Assembly (NCBI GenBank): GCA_050261575.1
Contig: JBLNDL010000023.1
Location: forward strand, 1 to 21,571
Reading direction: 5' to 3'
DNA from: Sphingomonadaceae bacterium
Lineage (GTDB): Bacteria > Chloroflexota > UBA6077
Length of the DNA: 21,571 bases
The translations under genes were made by a program, and so were the position numbers. Positions 15,646 through 21,571 of the stretch are shown piece after piece. The notes under the pieces were generated by a model. That model did not search any database. It was not told the origin of the DNA and saw only the letters and a program-made list of their open reading frames with translations. Position 1 is the stretch's first letter; each line of letters opens with the position of its first letter.

Positions 15646-18084
15646 TCAAGGGCCGGCGCCAATCGGCATGGCCGCGCCGGACCCGGCCGGTCCTGCGTTG
15701 GCGGGGGCGGACCCGTCGGGTTGGGCTGAGCCTGCGGGCGGCCCGGATCCCTGAGGCGCCGGAAGCGGTGTCGGGGCCGGATTGGGTGCCTGAGCGGAGC
15801 CGAGCGTGGTGGGCTCCTCGGTGGGCAGGGCCTCAGGCGTTGGGGTCGGCTCGCCCGGCTGAGGGGTGGGGGTCGGCTGCAGCGCCACTCCGGACTCGGA
15901 AACCGTCTGCCCGAGGGGGGTGGCCTGTGGCGAGGCGCCCCTTCTCTCCGCGGACGGGGTGGGAAGCCCCTGAATCACCGCGTAACGGACGGGGTCGTAG
16001 CCCTCGGGGTGCACCTCCACTAGCACGTGAGGGCAGTCGGGGGTAGGCAACTGGCCGGTCTCCCTGCACACCCGATACTCCCGAACCCCTGGCGGTGGCA
16101 CGAAGTCCACGACCGGTGTGCCCGCGTGGACGTCCTCCATGAACTGGTGCCAGATGCGGCCGGCGCCCAACGAGCCCAATACCTCCCTCATGGGTGTGCT
16201 ATCGGTGTTGCCCACCCACACGCCGGTTACCAGGTTCGGGGTGTAGCCGATGGTCCACGAGTCCTTGTAGTCGTCGGTGGATCCCGTCTTGGCGGCCGCT
16301 GGCCGGGTGAGCTTCAGTGGGCTGTTGGGGCCCTGAAGTGGCTCGCGGGCAGTGTTGTCCGAGAGTATGCTGGTGATCATGTACGCGTGAACGGGGCTCA
16401 CCAACTGCCGGCCCTCGGGCGGGGTGTACTGCTCCAGGACGCGTCCCTCCGCGTCTTCTATGCGCAAGACAGCCACCGGAGGCACCAGGACCCCCCCGTT
16501 GGCTAGGCCGGAGTAGGCTGAGACCATGTCCAGCAATCTGGCCTCGCCACCCCCGAGAGCGAGACTGAGCCCGTACAGGTCCGGGTTTTCGAAGTGGATG
16601 CCGAAGGCTCCGGCCATCTTCACGAAGTCAGGAATGCCGACGAACATGAGGGCCTTCACCGCCGGAATGTTCTTGGAGTTCGACAGCGCGTGGCGCACCG
16701 TCATCGGCCCGTCGAACTTGAAGTCGTAGTTGTGGGGCCTGTAGGGTGGCTGGCCCGGCGCGTTGGGGAAGGCTGTCGGCTCGTCGACGACGATGGTCTC
16801 GGGCGCCCAGCCTTTGGAGAAGGCTGCCACGTAGACGATCGGCTTGATAGTGGAGCCCGGCTGCCTCTTGGAGATTGCCACGTTTACCTGACCGTCGATG
16901 CTTGCGTCGTAGTAGTCCTTGCTGCCCACCATGGCCAGTATTTCGCCGGTCTTGGGGTCGATGGAGACCAGGGCGGCGTTGTTGGCGTTCTGCCTCTGCA
17001 GATACTGCAGTTGGTCGCGGATCGCGTTCTCCGCCAGGCGGTTGTAATCCAGATCGATGGTGGTGATGACCTTCAGCCCCCCCCGGTAGACCACGTTGGC
17101 CCCGTACTTCTGCTCGAGCAACTGGCGGACGTACATGACGAAGTGGGGTGCCAGGATCTTCACATCCTGGTCCGGCCGCAGATGTAGCGGCTCCCCCTTG
17201 GCCTGCTCCGCCTCAGCCCTGGTGATGTATCCCTCCGAGACCATCCGATCCAGCACGTGCGCCTGGCGCGCCTTCGCCTCGCTGAAGTTGACGAACGGAT
17301 CGTACTGGCTAGGCGCTTGGGGCAGGCCGGTCAGCAGTGCGGACTCCGCCAGGGTCAGCTCACTTGCGTGCCTGCCGAAGTAGGTCTGCGCTGCTGCTTC
17401 GATCCCGTACGATAGGTGGCCGTAGTAGATCTCGTTCAGGTACATCTCCAGGATCTGGTCCTTGGGGTACTGCTGCGTCATCCGGAAGGCGAGCACTGCC
17501 TCTCGCAGCTTGCGCCCGTAGCTCTGGTCGGTCCGCTCGCTCTTGTCGAGGAGCACGTTCTTCGCGAGCTGTTGGGCAATGGTGCTGGCGCCGGACACTA
17601 TCTGGCCAGAGGTCACGTTGTTTAGAACTGCCCTCGCGATCCCAGCGGGATCGAAGCCCCAGTTGTTGTAGAAGTCCTTGTCCTCGGTAGCGATGGTTGC
17701 GGCGATCACGTAGGGCGATACGTCGCCCAGGTGGATGGGGGTTCGCTTGCCACCTTCCTGATCGTAGACCTCGTACAGCAGCTTGCCATTGCGGTCGAGG
17801 ATCTGCGTGGTCTTGAATGAGAGCCGCTCCGACATCTGGGTCAGAGGCGGAAGGTCCGTCGTGTAGGCGGTGTAGACGGAGTACACTGCCCCGAGGGTGA
17901 CCAGGAGGAGCATGGCTCCAAAGGTCGCGATCACCATCAGAAAGAAGCTTGCCCCCAGCTTCCTCTCAGGGATCCTGGCCATCCTCTCCGATCTCGTTCG
18001 GGCGAGGTACTTGGAGGAGAGGCGAGGGCTCTTCCTCAGACCGCGTCGCCTCCGGTCCGCGTCGAAGGGGAAGTCGCGTGCCAT
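15646..18084 (-). CDS. Class A penicillin-binding protein (PBP1A family), 812 aa
   Basis: TM anchor. Transglycosylase motifs TEDKDFY, GASTIAQQLAKN, RKLRE and YLNEIYYG; transpeptidase motifs STIK, SKN and KTG; Pro-rich tail. Start codon somewhat uncertain. Confidence 0.95.
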   Translation of the reverse strand: MARDFPFDADRRRRGLRKSPRLSSKYLARTRSERMARIPERKLGASFFLMVIATFGAMLLLVTLGAVYSVYTAYTTDLPPLTQMSERLSFKTTQILDRNGKLLYEVYDQEGGKRTPIHLGDVSPYVIAATIATEDKDFYNNWGFDPAGIARAVLNNVTSGQIVSGASTIAQQLAKNVLLDKSERTDQSYGRKLREAVLAFRMTQQYPKDQILEMYLNEIYYGHLSYGIEAAAQTYFGRHASELTLAESALLTGLPQAPSQYDPFVNFSEAKARQAHVLDRMVSEGYITRAEAEQAKGEPLHLRPDQDVKILAPHFVMYVRQLLEQKYGANVVYRGGLKVITTIDLDYNRLAENAIRDQLQYLQRQNANNAALVSIDPKTGEILAMVGSKDYYDASIDGQVNVAISKRQPGSTIKPIVYVAAFSKGWAPETIVVDEPTAFPNAPGQPPYRPHNYDFKFDGPMTVRHALSNSKNIPAVKALMFVGIPDFVKMAGAFGIHFENPDLYGLSLALGGGEARLLDMVSAYSGLANGGVLVPPVAVLRIEDAEGRVLEQYTPPEGRQLVSPVHAYMITSILSDNTAREPLQGPNSPLKLTRPAAAKTGSTDDYKDSWTIGYTPNLVTGVWVGNTDSTPMREVLGSLGAGRIWHQFMEDVHAGTPVVDFVPPPGVREYRVCRETGQLPTPDCPHVLVEVHPEGYDPVRYAVIQGLPTPSAERRGASPQATPLGQTVSESGVALQPTPTPQPGEPTPTPEALPTEEPTTLGSAQAPNPAPTPLPAPQGSGPPAGSAQPDGSAPANAGPAGSGAAMPIGAGP

Positions 18085-18123
18085 ATCACAGAGATCCCAC
18101 TAGGAAAAGCATGCCGGAGTTGA

Positions 18124-18140
18124 GGCAATAGATGTGCCAG
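18124..18140 (-). promoter_or_regulatory. sigma54 -24/-12 promoter upstream of the PBP1A gene
   Basis: Minus strand CTGGCACATCTATTGCC, GG-N10-GC. Predicted +1 near 18113. Confidence 0.7.
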
Positions 18141-18174
18141 GGAAGAGGCAGAGGGAATGGGGGAGGATGGGGAG

Positions 18175-18238
18175 GAGGGAGGTGGGTGGAGGACTCTCGC
18201 CGCGGAAATGCACCTCGAGTCCTCTCCCTGCCTCCCTC
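18175..18238 (-). terminator. Long imperfect hairpin after htrA
   Basis: 22-nt arms GAGGGAGG-N6-GAGGACTC and GAGTCCTC-N6-CCTCCCTC, with a 20-nt loop. Confidence 0.5.
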
Positions 18239-18263
18239 TAGAAGTAGAGAAGGAGTCCTGGGG

Positions 18264-19511
18264 TTAAGGGGTAGGCATCTCTCCCAGGGTGACTTCGAAG
18301 GTCCGGCGACCGGTGCCCCGCGCCACCTGAACCTTCACCTTCTGCCCGATCTTGAACTTGTTGATGCTTCTCCTCAGATCCGCGACGGATCGGATTTCGT
18401 CCGCTTCGATCGCGACGATGATGTCGCCTGCTTCCATCCCTGCTCGGGCGGCGGGGCCGCCGCGGGTGACACGCACCACGTAGACGCCCCTCTCTACTGG
18501 TAGCCGGTACTGGCGGGCGAGCGCGGGTGTGACCGTGGCGAGTTCGATGCCGAGGAATGGGCGGCGCACCATGCCGTACGCGATCAGGTCGTCGATGATC
18601 GGCTTGGCACTGTTGATGGAGATTGCGAAGCCGATTCCCTGAGCTGGAGCCTCGCTGGAGCCGGTGGCAACGGCGGTGTTGACCCCGATCACCTGCGCGG
18701 CCGCGTTGACGAGGGGGCCACCGCTGTTGCCGGGGTTGATGGCGGCGTCGGTCTGGATCAACTGGTGGAGGGTTATCCCGTTGGGCTCGTCGATGCTCCT
18801 GTTGAGCGCACTGACCACTCCGGACGTGACGGTGGGGCCGCCCTCCAGCCCGAGTGCGTTGCCGATGGCGACGACGGGCTCGCCCACCTGAAGGGTGTCG
18901 GAGTCACCGAGTGTGACCACCGGCAGGTTGTCCGCCTCGATCTGTATCACCGCTAGGTCGGTGGATGGGTCTCGTCCCACCAGGCTCGCGCTGTACGGCT
19001 CGTCGCGGTCCGGCAGGGTGACCACCATCTCTTCTGCGTCCTCGATGACGTGGTTATTGGTGATGATGTATCCCCTTGGATCGATGATGGCACCGGAGCC
19101 GACGCCGCTGGTGGGGACCGGTTCGAGGAAGTAGCCGAGAGAGGTGCCCTTGACCACTATCTGCACGACGGCAGGGCGCACCTTCGCGGCCACCTGCACG
19201 ACGTTCATCGCTGCAGTCGGCGGCGAAGCCAGGATCGGTTCGGGCCGAAGCTGGGTGGACACCCCGCCACTGCCAGGCGCTGCAGTTGGTGCTGGCTTGG
19301 TGGCTTCGGGCTGTTGCGCCTGCGCAACCGTCGAAGCCGGGGCGGCCGTGGGGGATTGGGCTATCTTCGTGGGCTCAGGCTGGGAGGAGCGAGGCACCGA
19401 TTGCTGGCCAAGCACGGGCAGTTGGAGGGCGCAGCCGGTGATCAGCATGGCGCTGGTTAGACTGAGGATGGCAGCGGTCAGGATGGATGGCAGTGATCTC
19501 CCTTTCCCCAT
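18264..19511 (-). CDS. htrA: HtrA/DegP-family serine protease with one PDZ domain, predicted lipoprotein, 415 aa
   Basis: Triad motifs TNNHV, DLAV and INPGNSGGPL; PDZ (FLGI...GPAARAGMEAGDII); lipobox LITGC; SD AGGAG. Confidence 0.93.
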   Translation of the reverse strand: MGKGRSLPSILTAAILSLTSAMLITGCALQLPVLGQQSVPRSSQPEPTKIAQSPTAAPASTVAQAQQPEATKPAPTAAPGSGGVSTQLRPEPILASPPTAAMNVVQVAAKVRPAVVQIVVKGTSLGYFLEPVPTSGVGSGAIIDPRGYIITNNHVIEDAEEMVVTLPDRDEPYSASLVGRDPSTDLAVIQIEADNLPVVTLGDSDTLQVGEPVVAIGNALGLEGGPTVTSGVVSALNRSIDEPNGITLHQLIQTDAAINPGNSGGPLVNAAAQVIGVNTAVATGSSEAPAQGIGFAISINSAKPIIDDLIAYGMVRRPFLGIELATVTPALARQYRLPVERGVYVVRVTRGGPAARAGMEAGDIIVAIEADEIRSVADLRRSINKFKIGQKVKVQVARGTGRRTFEVTLGEMPTP

Positions 19512-19630
19512 GCGGTCACTCCTGTCGGTGCGGCGGACGAGTTGCCGCCGAGGTGTGGCTTAGGAGGGGCTGGCGCGTCGATCTGCAAGCAGGGCCGGCA
19601 GTCACAGTGTGCTCGCTCGCCTCACGTGTG

Positions 19631-19687
19631 CCCCGCCGCCCGGTCCATCGGACGCACCCGGCGGCGGGGGATGAACCCTCGCCCTAC
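19631..19687 (-). repeat. GTAG-type REP with a degenerate partner (REPIN-like)
   Basis: Minus strand GTAG-GGCGAGGG-TTCAT-CCCCCGCC, plus an alternative perfect 10-bp stem between 19631-19640 and 19660-19669. Confidence 0.55.
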
Positions 19688-19720
19688 CCCATGGGACTTG
19701 CGGAATGGTGCGCCTAACCA

Positions 19721-19780
19721 GGTATCTCTAGATAGAGTGCGCGTTTCCAGTCAGAGAAGTTTACACGAACTAGAGATACC
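19721..19780 (-). other. 11-bp perfect inverted repeat enclosing 38 nt (candidate structured leader or sRNA)
   Basis: GGTATCTCTAG (19721-19731) and CTAGAGATACC (19770-19780). It starts at the predicted +1 of the adjacent promoter. Confidence 0.5.
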
Positions 19781-19785
19781 CGCTT

Positions 19786-19794
19786 AGTATAGCA
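19786..19794 (-). promoter_or_regulatory. sigma70/A extended -10 upstream of htrA
   Basis: Minus strand TG-C-TATACT. Predicted +1 near 19779. Confidence 0.6.
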
Positions 19795-19885
19795 TCGAGG
19801 GCCGGATGGGGAGCGGATTCCGCCGGCCGGCTGTGGCCCAGACTCGGCCGGAGACGGTCTGGGAGTGGCCGGTTGCGACCGCGGG

Positions 19886-20140
19886 CTATACCGCGGTTCG
19901 GCCCTCAGTGATGCCTCGTGCGAGGACCTCGAAGAGGACTGCCCCAACCAGGGCGATGAGGGCGTTGGCGAGGCTGGGCTGCGTCACGTCGGTCCCGGTG
20001 ATCGCGACGAAGAGCCAGCCCCCGATCACCCCTCCGACCATGCCGACGATCGTCGCCTGCAGGACACTCCTGCCGCCGACCAGAATGCCCGATGACAGGC
20101 CAACGGCCAGTCCAACCAGTGCCCAGGTCAGCATGGACAC
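19886..20140 (-). CDS. GlsB/YeaQ/YmgE-family (transglycosylase-associated) stress membrane protein, 84 aa
   Basis: Three Gly-rich TM segments: WALVGLAVG, TIVGMVGGVIGGWLF and IALVGAVLF. GTG 20140 follows GGGAGG; alternative ATG at 20134. Confidence 0.85.
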   Translation of the reverse strand: MSMLTWALVGLAVGLSSGILVGGRSVLQATIVGMVGGVIGGWLFVAITGTDVTQPSLANALIALVGAVLFEVLARGITEGRTAV

Positions 20141-20200
20141 GCCGGTTTCCTCCCGCTGTACCCTTTGCATGCCTCACGTGCACGTGAGCCCTGGGGAGAA

Positions 20201-20217
20201 AGCACAGGACGTGCCTG
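20201..20217 (-). promoter_or_regulatory. sigma54 -24/-12 promoter upstream of the GlsB/YeaQ gene
   Basis: Minus strand CAGGCACGTCCTGTGCT, GG-N10-GC. Predicted +1 near 20190. Confidence 0.55.
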
Positions 20218-20224
20218 GTATAAT
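20216..20224 (+). promoter_or_regulatory. sigma70/A extended -10 for ltaE
   Basis: TG-G-TATAAT. Confidence 0.7.
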
Positions 20225-20361
20225 CCTTCAGATCATCACGAATGACGGGACTTGCGCGATCGAGTTCGCGATACTCTGGCGGGCTGCGTGCGAAGCAGGT
20301 ATCTCTGGTCTGCCGGCCGCCCATCGGTCGCGTGACTCCGCCGAATGAGGAGCCAAAGGCA

Positions 20362-21477
<1,116 letters not shown>

Positions 21478-21486
21478 GGCCAGCTC

Positions 21487-21514
21487 GTGGGGGCGGCCGG
21501 CCGGACGCCCCCAC
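21487..21514 (+). terminator. GC hairpin after ltaE
   Basis: GTGGGGGCG-N10-CGCCCCCAC, 9 nt after the stop; no U tract. Confidence 0.5.
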
Positions 21515-21571
21515 CAACGTTACCACGGCAGGAACTCCGTGGTGTATACAGTCTCGTCCGTCAATACGGCG

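Noticed and set aside
15646..15960. Pro/Ala/Thr-rich tails in PBP1A, VanW and HtrA as DNA repeats
   Set aside because: These are ordinary low-complexity linkers of extracytoplasmic proteins.
19721..19780. ZTP or c-di-GMP riboswitch, or an invertible promoter
   Set aside because: Only UGACUGG resembles ZTP and the pseudoknot partner is missing. The 38-bp core seems too short for inversion, holds no promoter, and no recombinase is nearby.
19712..19790. Integron attC site (GCCTAAC fits RYYYAAC)
   Set aside because: No matching GTTRRRY end, no integrase and no cassette array.
20230..20361. Glycine riboswitch in the ltaE leader
   Set aside because: The context is plausible, but the GGAGAG and CTCTCAGG core elements are absent.

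Overview
GC-rich bacterial chromosomal window with no integrase, transposase, cas or RNA genes recognised. The gene content looks monoderm, possibly Chloroflexota (inference only). It carries 17 supportable CDSs: short-form hcp, lon, a 62-aa orphan, an MBL-fold hydrolase, a lipid kinase/zincin/hypothetical operon, a VanW protein, glycerate kinase plus a glucosylglycerate-synthase-like glycosyltransferase, a 99-aa membrane protein, an orphan NtrC/AtoC-type sigma54 activator, a family-4-like UDG, PBP1A, an HtrA lipoprotein, a GlsB/YeaQ protein and ltaE. The most interesting signals are non-coding. (1) Four correctly oriented sigma54 -24/-12 boxes precede lon, the 99-aa gene, PBP1A and glsB. The window also encodes an activator whose DNA-binding helix looks degenerate, suggesting an enhancer-independent sigma54 stress/envelope regulon. 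(2) Two exact repeat-unique-repeat units (29/32/29 and 36/36/36) are built from host sequence and have CRISPR-like geometry; they may be ectopic Cas1-Cas2 integration scars or assembly artefacts. (3) A perfect CRP/FNR-family box sits at -41.5 of hcp. Separately, the UDG has lost two of its four Fe-S ligands. All calls are by eye, without database searches.
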